This document shows, piece after piece, positions 9,984 through 21,394 of a DNA stretch of 64,000 bases. Origin of the DNA: an uncultured Granulosicoccaceae bacterium (lineage in GTDB: Bacteria > Pseudomonadota > Gammaproteobacteria > CALCKW01); the NCBI GenBank assembly GCA_937965695.1, contig CALCKW010000027.1, positions 8,150-72,149 on the forward strand. The letters are read 5' to 3'. Made by a program: the position numbers and the translations under genes. Each line of letters begins with the position of its first letter. Within the stretch, counting starts at the first letter, position 1. Below the pieces are notes generated by a model. It worked only from the letters and a program-made list of their open reading frames with translations. It was not told the origin of the DNA and searched no databases.

Positions 9984-11774
9984 TTAGTAGACGCGTTTCT
10001 TGGGCGGAATGACTTCCGCCTCATCGGTATGCGTGTACATATGCACGGGGCGGTAGTCAAATTCCACCTTACCTTTCTCGTCCACCCAAGCCAGCGTGTG
10101 CTTCATCCAGTTGTCATCGTCACGGTCTGGAATGTCTTCTCGAGCATGCGCTCCCCGACTCTCTGTTCGGTTAGCGGCACCATTGACGATAGCCACTGCT
10201 TGAGAAAGCAGATTTTCTAGCTCTAGCGTTTCGACTAAGTCAGTGTTCCACACCATGCTGCGGTCGCTGACACCAACATCGTTGAAGCCTTCAACGACAG
10301 CAGCGATCTTCTCAACGCCTTGTTGCATTGATTCACCGGTGCGGAAAACCGCAGCGTGTTGCTGCATCGCTTTTTGCATCGTCAAACGCAATTCAGCGGT
10401 AGGTGTTCCGCCTTTGGCGTTACGGTTCTTGTCGAGTCGATCAAAAATATGTCCAATAGCGCTGTCACCCAATTTCTTGTGGGCGGCACCAGGTTTCACC
10501 GTTTCAGCAGCCCGCAGCGCGGCTGCGCGGCCAAAGACGACTAAATCGAGTAGAGAGTTAGAACCCAGTCGATTCGCACCGTGAACGGATACACAAGCAG
10601 CTTCGCCGATAGCCATCAAACCTGGGACCACAGCATCTGGGTCACCGTCTTTGAGCGTCACGACTTCACCGTGATAGTTAGTTGGAATACCGCCCATGTT
10701 GTAGTGCACCGTTGGCAGCACAGGGATAGGCTCCTTTGCAACGTCAACGCCCGCGAAAATCCGTGCGCTCTCCGAGATACCAGGCAATCGCTCATCAATC
10801 ACGTCAGCACCTAAGTGTTGCAGATTTAGGTGGATGTGATCAGCTTCAGCGCCAATACCATTACCGGCATTGATTTCCATGGTCATAGAACGCGACACGA
10901 CATCTCGAGACGCAAGGTCTTTTGCATTCGGTGCGTAGCGCTCCATAAAACGCTCGCCCTTGTTGTTGGTCAGATATCCACCTTCACCTCGAACACCTTC
11001 AGTGATCAGAACACCTGCGCCGTAGATGCCGGTAGGGTGAAATTGAACAAACTCCATATCCTGCAGCGGCAAGCCAGCGCGTTGCGCCATCGCACCACCG
11101 TCTCCCGTACAAGTGTGTGCAGAGGTGCAAGAGAAATAGGTGCGGCCACAACCACCTGTGGCGAGAACCACCTGATGCGCGCGAAAAACATGGAGGTCAC
11201 CCGTCGCGAGATCCCAAGCCACCACACCGCGGCACTCGCCATCATCCATGATCAGATCAACGGCAAAGTACTCAATATAAAACTGCGCCTGGTGCTTGAG
11301 TGACTGTTGATATAGGGCATGCAAAATCGCGTGACCGGTGCGATCAGCAGCAGCACAGGTACGTTGCGCGGCTGGACCTTCACCAAAGTTCTGCGTCATG
11401 CCACCAAAGGGGCGCTGATAAATGCGGCCGTCGTCAGTGCGAGAGAAAGGCACACCATAGTGCTCGAGCTCGATGACAGCAGGTACCGCTTCACGGCACA
11501 TATACTCGATGGCATCTTGGTCACCGAGCCAGTCGGATCCCTTGATGGTGTCGTACATGTGCCACTTCCAGTTGTCTGGCCCCATATTGCCCAGCGAGGC
11601 ACTCATGCCACCTTGGGCAGCAACAGTGTGAGAGCGCGTAGGAAAGACTTTGGTCACACAAGCGGTATTAAGGCCAGCAGCTGCCATACCTAAGGTAGCG
11701 CGCAAACCAGCGCCACCAGCACCGACGACAACAACGTCGTATTGGTGTTCAATAACTTTGTAGGCTTCGGTCAT
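9984..11774 (-). CDS. sdhA: Succinate dehydrogenase flavoprotein subunit
   Basis: [18 protein letters not shown] (covalent FAD His), [29 protein letters not shown]. Confidence 0.98.
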   Translation of the reverse strand: MTEAYKVIEHQYDVVVVGAGGAGLRATLGMAAAGLNTACVTKVFPTRSHTVAAQGGMSASLGNMGPDNWKWHMYDTIKGSDWLGDQDAIEYMCREAVPAVIELEHYGVPFSRTDDGRIYQRPFGGMTQNFGEGPAAQRTCAAADRTGHAILHALYQQSLKHQAQFYIEYFAVDLIMDDGECRGVVAWDLATGDLHVFRAHQVVLATGGCGRTYFSCTSAHTCTGDGGAMAQRAGLPLQDMEFVQFHPTGIYGAGVLITEGVRGEGGYLTNNKGERFMERYAPNAKDLASRDVVSRSMTMEINAGNGIGAEADHIHLNLQHLGADVIDERLPGISESARIFAGVDVAKEPIPVLPTVHYNMGGIPTNYHGEVVTLKDGDPDAVVPGLMAIGEAACVSVHGANRLGSNSLLDLVVFGRAAALRAAETVKPGAAHKKLGDSAIGHIFDRLDKNRNAKGGTPTAELRLTMQKAMQQHAAVFRTGESMQQGVEKIAAVVEGFNDVGVSDRSMVWNTDLVETLELENLLSQAVAIVNGAANRTESRGAHAREDIPDRDDDNWMKHTLAWVDEKGKVEFDYRPVHMYTHTDEAEVIPPKKRVY

Positions 11775-11777
11775 GTA

Positions 11778-12164
11778 TCAAGCTCCAAAAGCGATATGCA
11801 GCACCGAAAAAATACCGGTGATAGCAACAATGATGCAAAAAAAGTAGGTAGCGACAATCGCCACTGTGCGGATGGCGTGATCAGAGACGTAGTCTTCGAT
11901 GATCACTTGCAGCCCAAGTGCGTAATGATAAAAAACCGCTATCAACGTCATGATCATCATGATCGCGCTGTACGGTGTTTGCATCCAGGCAATGAAATCA
12001 GCGTACCCAAGGCTAGGCAAAGACGCGATACCGAAGCAGAACCAAAGTGAAAGCGGGATGAGCGCCAGTGCAGACAATCGCTGCACCCAAAAGTGATGCG
12101 TGCCGGACTTAGCTGAGCCCCAACCTTTGGCGCGCTTGAGAGGTGTATGCATTTCGTTAGACAT
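11778..12164 (-). CDS. sdhD: Succinate dehydrogenase hydrophobic membrane anchor
   Basis: GSAKSGTHHFWVQRLSA, HYALGLQVIIEDY, three TM segments, operon position. Confidence 0.95.
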   Translation of the reverse strand: MSNEMHTPLKRAKGWGSAKSGTHHFWVQRLSALALIPLSLWFCFGIASLPSLGYADFIAWMQTPYSAIMMIMTLIAVFYHYALGLQVIIEDYVSDHAIRTVAIVATYFFCIIVAITGIFSVLHIAFGA

Positions 12165-12176
12165 TATCTACTCTCC

Positions 12177-12557
12177 TCAGGCCGCCACGATCCAGGTCAC
12201 GATGGTCATAACCACCGTGGCACCGATCGCGATTTGGGCGGTCTTTTGTGTTGTTTCTAGTTCAAAGCCTTTGCCTACATCCCACATTAAATGGCGGATG
12301 CCATTAAAGAAGTGGAGATAAAGCGCAAAAGTAAAACCAAACAACACCAGCTTGCCAAACCAAGAAGAGACAAAGCCGTGTGCAGTAGCATAGGAAGCCT
12401 CGCCACCAGCCGCACCGGCCAATAGCCAAACAATCAACAACCCACCAACGCCAAGCACTGCACCCGTGCCACGATGTCCAACGGACAGCAGCGCGCTCAG
12501 AGGCAGTTTATAGATCTGTAAATGTGGCGACATTGGCCGCCGATCGTTCCACGCCAT
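12177..12557 (-). CDS. sdhC: Succinate dehydrogenase cytochrome b556 subunit
   Basis: RPMSPHLQIY, SVGHRGTG, HFFNGIRHLMWD. Start at 12557 (MAWNDRRP) preferred over ORF start 12599. Confidence 0.95.
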   Translation of the reverse strand: MAWNDRRPMSPHLQIYKLPLSALLSVGHRGTGAVLGVGGLLIVWLLAGAAGGEASYATAHGFVSSWFGKLVLFGFTFALYLHFFNGIRHLMWDVGKGFELETTQKTAQIAIGATVVMTIVTWIVAA

Positions 12558-12692
12558 GTGTTTATACCTTATATTCGGTGGGAAATAATTTGAATACATA
12601 TCGCCTGAGCGGCAAGCCCGAGCGAGTGTCGGACTTATAGAACCTGCCAGGAATTATTTCGCCTATTGACGAAATCGTGCTTGGCCAAATTC

Positions 12693-12878
12693 TTAGAAAT
12701 CAATGCAACGACCTTTTTGTTCCCAATCCCCATAACGAGTGGGCTCAAGCCCTTTGGGGCCACCTATTTCAGTCGGTTTTTTAGGTTGGCCAGCGCTATT
12801 ATCGGCTGTGTCAGTTGCTGCTTCAGGTTGAATTTCAACATCCTGCTTTTCGCGATCTGATGACTCGGGCGATGACAT
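12693..12878 (-). CDS. DUF1674 / SDHAF4-like succinate dehydrogenase assembly factor
   Basis: C-terminal EIGGPKGLEPTRYGDWEQKGRCIDF signature, directly upstream of sdhC. Confidence 0.88.
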   Translation of the reverse strand: MSSPESSDREKQDVEIQPEAATDTADNSAGQPKKPTEIGGPKGLEPTRYGDWEQKGRCIDF

Positions 12879-13126
12879 AAGTCTGACTCAATTTGTTGCG
12901 ATGCACATATTGTAGTGACCAGCGCTCTATTGGTCAAAATTGCACCACGACGAACGTTACAAGGTGCTTTAAAACACTGATTTCGCTTCTACTTGCGGCA
13001 GTGCAACAACGCCACAATAAGCGCACCTATTGGCACATCATCCGCTGTCTATTAAGATCAGTGGGTAGAAAATACACACTCACAGAATCGAACACTTGTT
13101 TCAACCAAACTAAAAGGCTACTCGCC

Positions 13127-14029
13127 GTGAATCAATCCTCAACTGCCGCCCCGAGCTTTTTTGCTCAACTCGACCACCTTTGCGTCATTCGTGCCAGCGG
13201 TCCCGATACCGAGTCTTTTTTACACGGACAACTGACCAATGATCTCAAGACGCTGTCCCATGGACAGTTGCAGCTGCACGGATACTGCAGTCCTAAAGGT
13301 CGCGTGCTGGCGTTGATGCACATCACGCTAGACGCCGACGACTTCTTACTTATATTGCCAAAAGCGACAAGCGAGTCGCTGCTCAAACGTCTGCGTATGT
13401 TTGTGATGCGTGCAAAAGTTACGCTGGAAATTGATGAGCAAGTTCAAGTAATCGGTATCAGTGATATCGGCGACTATCCAGCCAACGCTCCATTGCCGAC
13501 ACTTGCCATCAGTGGCGATAGGGCCGCTTTGATTCTGGTGCCAACTGCGCAATTTTCCGAGGCAGAAAACGCCCTCTCGCAAGGTTACGAAAAAGGTGAT
13601 GCCATACACTGGGCGGCGTCTCGCTTACTCGCTGGCGAACCTCAGATCCACCCCACCACGCAAGACAAGTTCGTTCCTCAAATGATTAATCTGGATCTAT
13701 TGGACGGTTTGAGCTTCAGCAAAGGCTGTTATCCCGGTCAAGAAATCGTGGCGCGAACTCGTTACTTAGGCAAAGTAAAGCGTCGTATGCAGGTCTTTCA
13801 GGCCGCTGCCGACATCGAAGCTGCACCAGGTACACCACTCTATGTGGATGGCAAAGATCAAGCTGCGGGAGAATTGGTAGAAATCATTCCGGCTGGCCAA
13901 AAAGCTAGTGTGGCTAGCGCCGTAATTCGTTTAGAACACGCAGGCTGTAACTTGCATTTAGGTAGTGCTGACGGTCCTCTATTACAACCCCTGCCACTAC
14001 CGTATGATCTCGAGGCTCCCGAACAGTGA
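13127..14029 (+). CDS. ygfZ: Folate-binding Fe-S cluster repair / tRNA-modifying protein YgfZ
   Basis: SFLHGQLTND and KGCYPGQE signature. GTG start at 13127 preferred over ORF start 12893. Confidence 0.93.
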   Translation: MNQSSTAAPSFFAQLDHLCVIRASGPDTESFLHGQLTNDLKTLSHGQLQLHGYCSPKGRVLALMHITLDADDFLLILPKATSESLLKRLRMFVMRAKVTLEIDEQVQVIGISDIGDYPANAPLPTLAISGDRAALILVPTAQFSEAENALSQGYEKGDAIHWAASRLLAGEPQIHPTTQDKFVPQMINLDLLDGLSFSKGCYPGQEIVARTRYLGKVKRRMQVFQAAADIEAAPGTPLYVDGKDQAAGELVEIIPAGQKASVASAVIRLEHAGCNLHLGSADGPLLQPLPLPYDLEAPEQ

Positions 14030-14505
14030 ACGTAGCGACTACAGATATTTCAGACGACAACCCAAAAGCCCAAGTGTGCGCACCACTGTTTAGTGATTTT
14101 GGCGGTAGCATTAATTTTCACGGCCCGATTCGCACTCTTAAGCTCTTTGAAGACAATTCTCTGGTGCGTGACACGCTGGCTGAACCTGGAAATGGCGCGG
14201 TACTGGTGGTTGATGCAGGTGGTTCTGACCGATGTGCGGTTGTGGGCGGTAATCTAGGTGTTCTGGCCGACAAAAATAATTGGGTCGGAATTGTCGTGTT
14301 TGGCTACGTGCGTGACGCCGATGAGCTGGGTGAATGCAAAGTGGGAATCAAGGCGATTGGCACACACCCGAAAAAAACTGAGAAACGCAATACCGGGCAA
14401 CGCGATATTGCCGTTCGTTTTGCGGACGTAAGTTTTTCTTCGGGCGGCTACCTGTATGCTGATCGTGATGGAGTTGTTGTAACCGACGGACCGGTTCACA
14501 GCTAA
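14026..14505 (+). CDS. rraA: Regulator of RNase E activity RraA / HMG aldolase family
   Basis: ATTDISD, LFEDNSLVR, VLVVDAGG, GYVRD, YADRDGVVV. Confidence 0.9.
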   Translation: MNVATTDISDDNPKAQVCAPLFSDFGGSINFHGPIRTLKLFEDNSLVRDTLAEPGNGAVLVVDAGGSDRCAVVGGNLGVLADKNNWVGIVVFGYVRDADELGECKVGIKAIGTHPKKTEKRNTGQRDIAVRFADVSFSSGGYLYADRDGVVVTDGPVHS

Positions 14506-14521
14506 TTCCCCTATTTTATAC

Positions 14522-14552
14522 AAAAAAAAGCGCGACCCTAAGGCCGCGCTTT
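14522..14552 (-). terminator. Intrinsic terminator of the OmpA-family gene, possibly bidirectional
   Basis: aaaaaaaagcgcg...cgcgcttt hairpin with A-run on the + strand. Confidence 0.7.
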
Positions 14553-14595
14553 ACATTGTGACAAGCTACATTCTTGTCACTGATGACGAATCAAA

Positions 14596-15864
14596 TTACC
14601 GTATTTTTTCTACCGTTTGGAACACCACACGACGATTACGACGGCGACCTTCTTCAGAGGCATTTCTAAAGGCCGGACGTGACTCACCAAAACCACGCGC
14701 GCGCACACGGTCTGAACTAATACCACTATCAATCATGTAATTCGCGACCGATTCAGCTCGACGCTGCGACAGGGATAAGTTATCGGCAGCACTGCCGCGG
14801 TTGTCTGTATGAGCCTGCACTTCCAGCACAACATTAGGAAAACGACGAAGCTCTAAAACAACGTTTTCTAGAATAGATTTTGCAGAATTACTCAGCAACC
14901 AAGAACCGCGGTCGAAATACAACCCTTCAACAATGCCTGAGAAAGAGCAACCACGTGGGTCTACCGCCAAGCCAGATGCCGTAGCTGGGCAACGATCATC
15001 GGCATCAACAACTCCGTCCCCATCATTGTCATTGCTCATAGAAGCACTAACAGATTCTGCAGTTGTTGTTTCAAGTTGGCTAACAACAGCTTCCAGCGAC
15101 GTATCAGAAGACAAGTCTGGCTCGGTGCTCAAGACTGGCATTTCTTCTTCTACAAGCTGTTCGGTGTTCTCCATGGGCTTAATGTCGGTAGCCTGAGCGA
15201 TCACAGTCTCTTCTACAGCCACAGGCATTTCTTTAGCCGGGACAGCTGCACTTGGCGACGAAGGTGCTCCACCAAAACGTTTCAACAACGTCAGGCTGCC
15301 AAGCATCGTGTTTGTATCAAAAGTTTCTACTTCTCCGCGCCAGCTGATACCACTACCGATCAAACCCTCAACACCAATGCCGTAATTGAACAAAACATCG
15401 TTTTCTTGGCTGTAGGGAACATTGGAATCAGTTTCCATCGCACCCAACCCTACTTTAACAAAGGCTGCAAAATTGTCGCGGTAGTGTCGACCGTCAGCTC
15501 CATCGGAGTTGTACAGGTAAACCAACAGGTGCGCACCAGCCACTTGAAAACTAATAGCGGGATCCACGACAGGATTAACCGCAGTAGCTTTGGGCATCAA
15601 CGTCAACTCACCTAAGTCAGCGTAGTAGAACTCTAGCGACAGGCGATTGCTGAGGTCTCGGCCAACAATGAGTCGTCCAGCCGTGCCTTGGGTCTCGTCC
15701 AAATCATAATCGGAAGCAGAAGTGTCAGGTTCCAATTGAGACACACCGGCACCCAGACCAAAATACCAACGTCCGTCAAAGTCGTTGGCTTGTGCCGGCG
15801 CACATAACAGGGCGGCGCTCAAGCACCCAGCCGCGAGTGTGGTTTTCTGATTCATGTCTTTCAC
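14596..15864 (-). CDS. OmpA/OprF-family outer membrane protein (beta-barrel, linker, Ca-binding repeat, OmpA_C domain)
   Basis: Signal peptide, barrel strands (WYFGLGAG, YGIGVE), DNDGDGVVDADDRCP repeat, HTDNRGS..NLSLSQRRAESV and NRRV in the peptidoglycan-binding domain. Confidence 0.9.
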   Translation of the reverse strand: MKDMNQKTTLAAGCLSAALLCAPAQANDFDGRWYFGLGAGVSQLEPDTSASDYDLDETQGTAGRLIVGRDLSNRLSLEFYYADLGELTLMPKATAVNPVVDPAISFQVAGAHLLVYLYNSDGADGRHYRDNFAAFVKVGLGAMETDSNVPYSQENDVLFNYGIGVEGLIGSGISWRGEVETFDTNTMLGSLTLLKRFGGAPSSPSAAVPAKEMPVAVEETVIAQATDIKPMENTEQLVEEEMPVLSTEPDLSSDTSLEAVVSQLETTTAESVSASMSNDNDGDGVVDADDRCPATASGLAVDPRGCSFSGIVEGLYFDRGSWLLSNSAKSILENVVLELRRFPNVVLEVQAHTDNRGSAADNLSLSQRRAESVANYMIDSGISSDRVRARGFGESRPAFRNASEEGRRRNRRVVFQTVEKIR

Positions 15865-16223
15865 TCAATCCGATTAAAATAAACCCGAATGTACTTGGCA
15901 AACTACAACAGCCTTACTGAGCTGTCTCTTGCACTGGATATAAGAGGTGACTCCTCACCGCTTCTCAGATTCCTCCGCACGACGCGAGTTAACTGATATC
16001 CAACGCATTCGCGACGTCCTCAGCGAATATTTGCAAAAATACAACGGGCAGGCACAAAACCTTTGTCCTGTACCAAATGATAGTAGTCGGAAATCACCAT
16101 TTCTGGCGTTTGCTGTGGTTTTTTTGTCAGATTGACAGAATCGACAGCGATCCGTCGTGTACGGACCATCTGTATAACGGAGGGCTACGCTTGCTGCGTG
16201 AAGTCGCCGCAAGCGCTATCTGG

Positions 16224-17741
16224 CTAGTTCGCTTGCGGACGCATATGCGGGAATAGAATAACATCCCGTATAGAAGGTGAATCGGTAAGAATCATCACTA
16301 GCCTATCCACACCGATGCCTAATCCAGCGTTTGGAGGTAAACCAATTTCTAAGGCACGCACGTAGTCGTGATCGTAGTACATGGCCTCTTCGTCGCCAGC
16401 GTTCTTTTGAGCGACCTGATCTGAAAAACGTTGTGCCTGGTCTTCGGCGTCGTTAAGCTCCGAAAATCCATTGGCGATCTCTCGCCCACCGATGAACAAT
16501 TCGAATCGCTCGGTGACCGTGCCATCGTAAGCACAACGTCTAGCCAAAGGTGAAACTTCAACGGGATGATCGATAACAAAAGTCGGATCTCGCAGTTTAT
16601 CTTCACAGGTTTCTTCGAAGAGTGTCAGCAACAACATGCCCACACTGGTACCCGCCGCTACGTCAATGTGCTTTGACTTGGCGTACGCTGCCAAACCATC
16701 AGCATCACTTAGGACTGCATCCGATAACTCTGGGTTATGCTGCATAACGCAGTCGCGCATGGTCACGCGTTCAAAAGGTTTTCCAAAGTCAAAGGTCTCA
16801 CCTTGGTACTCCATCTCAGTAGCACCCAACACTGACTGTGCCACGTGTCTCAGCATATCTTCCGTCATGTCCATGTACTGCTGGTAATCAACGTAGGCTT
16901 CGTTGCACTCCATCATAGTGAATTCAGGGTTATGTCGAGTCGACAGGCCTTCGTTACGAAACACCCGATTCAGTTCAAATACCCGATCAAAGCCGCCGAC
17001 AAGTGTGCGTTTGATTGGTAGCTCTTGGGCCACTCGAAGGTACAAATCCATATCCAAAGCATTGTGATGGGTGACAAAAGGCTTGGCAGTCGCTCCACCG
17101 GGGATGACCTGCATCATCGGCGACTCAATTTCTAGGTAATCGCGATCAACCAAGAAACGGCGCATGGCGTCCACGGCTTTAGAGCGGGCTTTAAAAGTCT
17201 GGCGAGATTTTTCTGTCACGATCAAATCGACGTAACGCTGACGATAACGTGTCTCTTGATCAGAGATACCGTGGAATTTTTCAGGCAACGGGCGCAAAGA
17301 CTTCACCAACATGCGAAGCTCAGTCAGCTTAATGGAGAGTTCGCCTTTCTGAGTGACAAAAACTGTACCGACCACTCCGATGATGTCGCCCATATCAAAG
17401 GTTTTAAAAGCTTCGTAAGACGCTTCGCCCAACTGTTTAGTATGCACATACAGTTGTATACGACCGGTTGTATCCTGCAAGTTGGCAAAACTAGCTTTAC
17501 CCATCACACGCTTGGCCATTAACCGACCTGCCATGCGCACGGTGTGTGTATGTTCTTGAAAATATTCAGCCGTTTTGTCGCCATAGGCCTCGCGAATTTC
17601 GCTGGCCTCCGTGTCACGGCGGAAATCGTTGGGAAAGGCGTCGCCTGTTTCGCGTAGCAAATTTAACTTTTCGCGGCGCTGGGCAATCAACTGATTTTCA
17701 TCCTGCTGCGATTCTTCAGTGGGCTTTTCTTGATCTGTCAT
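16224..17741 (-). CDS. lysS: Lysine--tRNA ligase (class II)
   Basis: YRQRYVDL, FRNEGLSTRHNPEFT, GLGIGVDRL. Follows prfB. Confidence 0.98.
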   Translation of the reverse strand: MTDQEKPTEESQQDENQLIAQRREKLNLLRETGDAFPNDFRRDTEASEIREAYGDKTAEYFQEHTHTVRMAGRLMAKRVMGKASFANLQDTTGRIQLYVHTKQLGEASYEAFKTFDMGDIIGVVGTVFVTQKGELSIKLTELRMLVKSLRPLPEKFHGISDQETRYRQRYVDLIVTEKSRQTFKARSKAVDAMRRFLVDRDYLEIESPMMQVIPGGATAKPFVTHHNALDMDLYLRVAQELPIKRTLVGGFDRVFELNRVFRNEGLSTRHNPEFTMMECNEAYVDYQQYMDMTEDMLRHVAQSVLGATEMEYQGETFDFGKPFERVTMRDCVMQHNPELSDAVLSDADGLAAYAKSKHIDVAAGTSVGMLLLTLFEETCEDKLRDPTFVIDHPVEVSPLARRCAYDGTVTERFELFIGGREIANGFSELNDAEDQAQRFSDQVAQKNAGDEEAMYYDHDYVRALEIGLPPNAGLGIGVDRLVMILTDSPSIRDVILFPHMRPQAN

Positions 17742-17771
17742 GTCAATTCCGTGGAGCCTATTCTGGCTTGA

Positions 17772-18873
17772 TTAATCCAAACCTAACTTCAGGCTCGCTT
17801 CAATAAAGGGGTCGAGGTTGCCATCGAGTACCGTCTGCGTGGCGCTGACTTCAACACCGGTACGCAAATCTTTGATGCGGGATTGATCCAATACATAGGA
17901 GCGAATCTGACTGCCCCAACCCACATCTGATTTGGTGTCTTCTAGGGCTTGCGATTCACTGGAGCGCCGTTGTAGCTCTTGTTCGTACAACTTCGCTTTT
18001 AACTGTTTCATCGCCTGGTCTTTGTTTTGGTGTTGCGAGCGACCACTTTGGCACTGCACAACAATACCAGAAGGGTTGTGCGTAATACGCACCGCTGATT
18101 CAGTGCGGTTAACGTGTTGACCACCGGCACCACTCGCCCGGTAAACATCAATGCGCAAATCAGCTGGGTTTATGTCAATCTCGATGTTGTCGTCAATTTC
18201 TGGCGAGACAAACACCGATGCAAAAGATGTATGACGGCGGTTGCCTGAATCGAAAGGCGACTTACGAACAAGCCGGTGTACACCCGTCTCAGTGCGAAGC
18301 CACCCAAAAGCATAATCACCGCTGACCTGGATCGTGGCGGATTTGATGCCCGCCACATCACCGGCTGAGGCTTCCATCAACTCGGCTTTGAAGCCGCGAC
18401 GATCAGCCCAACGCAGATACATACGCAAGACCATCTCAGCCCAATCCTGGGCTTCGGTGCCACCCGCACCTGCTTGAATATCCAAGAAACAATTGTTGGG
18501 GTCGTTTTCACCGGCAAACATGCGACGAAACTCTAGTTCAGCCAGTTGAGTTTCATAACTATCTAAATCGATTTGTATTGAAGCGACGGTCTCTTCATCT
18601 TGCTCTTCCGCAGCCATCTCGAGCAAATCTGCGGCGTCGCTCAGCCCTTCAGCGAGGCTGTCCAGCGTCAGTACAATCGCTTCTAGCGAAGCACGATCTC
18701 GTCCGAGAGTTTGTGCTCGTTCTGGGTCGTTCCAGACATTAGGATCTTCGAGCTCTCGTTTTACTTCTTCGAGGCTTTCGCTTTTGGCCGCATAGTCAAA
18801 GATACCCCCGGAGTGCTTCGCAGCGCTCATTGAGATCAGCAATTTTATTCGTCAGTGGGTTCAGCTCTAACAT
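17772..18873 (-). CDS. prfB: Peptide chain release factor 2, programmed +1 frameshift (join 18873-18799, 18797-17772)
   Basis: ATG at 18873 gives [25 protein letters not shown] then CTT TGA C. The +1 frame continues DYAAKSE... with SPF and GGQ motifs. Confidence 0.97.
18795..18810 (-). promoter_or_regulatory. prfB autoregulatory frameshift cassette (internal SD-like CGGGGG, TAT, CTT TGA C)
   Basis: Minus strand reads cgggggtatctttgac at codon 25/26. Confidence 0.93.
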
Positions 18874-18991
18874 GGACGATGCCTAGGTGCAAAACCGCAC
18901 AGATTACAGGAATTGCCAGCAGAGCGCACGACCTGAGAGGGCTTAAAGATAACAAACCCGTCGAGCGTAATCTGAGGCAACTGCCTGCTCT

Positions 18992-19675
18992 TTAGAATTG
19001 CTGCAGTTTGGCGTAACGCGCCCAAAGCACAGCTTCGAGGCATTGATCATCTTTACAATCGACCAGTTGGTTTTTGAGCTTTTGACTTTGGTCAGCAATC
19101 AATCGTAGCCGAGGTGCTTTCACACTGCGATCAAGTGCATTTTGATAAGCATTTTCAACGGCGCGACTGGCGGCGTATAGCCTTTCAGATTTGCAAATGC
19201 GCTTTTCATGCTTTCGATTGGCTCCATCGCAAGCCGTGCTAGGTTTGGCCAGAACGGGTGTAGGTGCATCTTCAACGAGCTGGCAATTCTTTAGAAAGGG
19301 GAACCCCATTTCTAACAAACCCTTGTCCGAGACACGGCAATCAACGTGAAGCTTTTCACCCTGCAGTCGTGGTGCCATACGCACCCAATGTCCTTGCTTG
19401 ATGAAGTAGAAAGCGCCGTCTTCACCAACTTCAGGGCACGTCAAGCCCGTGCGCAGACAGTCCATATCCTCTGCAAATCGCGGCAGTTTGTTGTGATTTC
19501 GCAAGTAGTTTTCGAACAGGGTTTGGGCGGTATTGGCACCACTCATCAGATAATTTCGATAGCCGGAAGACTGAAAGTCTTCTTCCAATTGCGTGTGAAC
19601 CATACGCTGCATGATGATATTGCTGAGTAGAATCGCAATCACCATTCCTGCAGCAATTTGAAATATTAACTTCAT
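18992..19675 (-). CDS. Hypothetical membrane-anchored protein with C-terminal LprI/DUF1311-like domain
   Basis: N-terminal TM segment. C-terminal PSTACDGA..HEKRICKS..VENAYQ..CKDDQCLEAVLWARYAKL matches the LprI-type cysteine pattern. Confidence 0.6.
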   Translation of the reverse strand: MKLIFQIAAGMVIAILLSNIIMQRMVHTQLEEDFQSSGYRNYLMSGANTAQTLFENYLRNHNKLPRFAEDMDCLRTGLTCPEVGEDGAFYFIKQGHWVRMAPRLQGEKLHVDCRVSDKGLLEMGFPFLKNCQLVEDAPTPVLAKPSTACDGANRKHEKRICKSERLYAASRAVENAYQNALDRSVKAPRLRLIADQSQKLKNQLVDCKDDQCLEAVLWARYAKLQQF

Positions 19676-19859
19676 GGCAGCTCTATTTGCTTAGATCCGA
19701 ATGCCAACGAGATGCAACATCCGTGCAGATACAATTTTGGCAAAGCTAACGCGAATGCTAGCGGTGATGTTCTAACACGTCGATTTAGGCAATTTGTTTC
19801 CTGAGTTTTGGAAATCAACTGCATCTAATACATGGGTATAATGGCTTTTTTAGGATTAG

Positions 19860-21254
<1,395 letters not shown>

Positions 21255-21268
21255 ATAGACCAGCATTC

Positions 21269-21294
21269 ATCCGGGTGAAATCTGTCACCCGGAT
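21269..21294. other. Perfect 10-bp stem-loop between purB and roxA, no U-tract
   Basis: atccgggtga-aatctg-tcacccggat. Confidence 0.55.
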
Positions 21295-21394
21295 AGTCAA
21301 AACCTCATTCCCACTGTTACTCAATGCCTGCTCAACAAGCAGAAGGCTCCAGTCTGCGGCATAATATCCAACACCACCTTAAGTAAAGCTTCCC

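Noticed and set aside
10029-12321. Many plus-strand ORFs inside sdhA and sdhD
   Set aside because: Antisense frames of highly conserved genes with no recognisable motifs.
12893-13126. N-terminal extension of YgfZ in the ORF track
   Set aside because: No resemblance to the family, it spans the divergent promoter region, and a GTG with RBS exists at 13127.
17772-18842. ORF-track start for prfB ([10 protein letters not shown]...)
   Set aside because: Out-of-frame artefact. The real start is 18873 with a +1 frameshift, so this is not a pseudogene.
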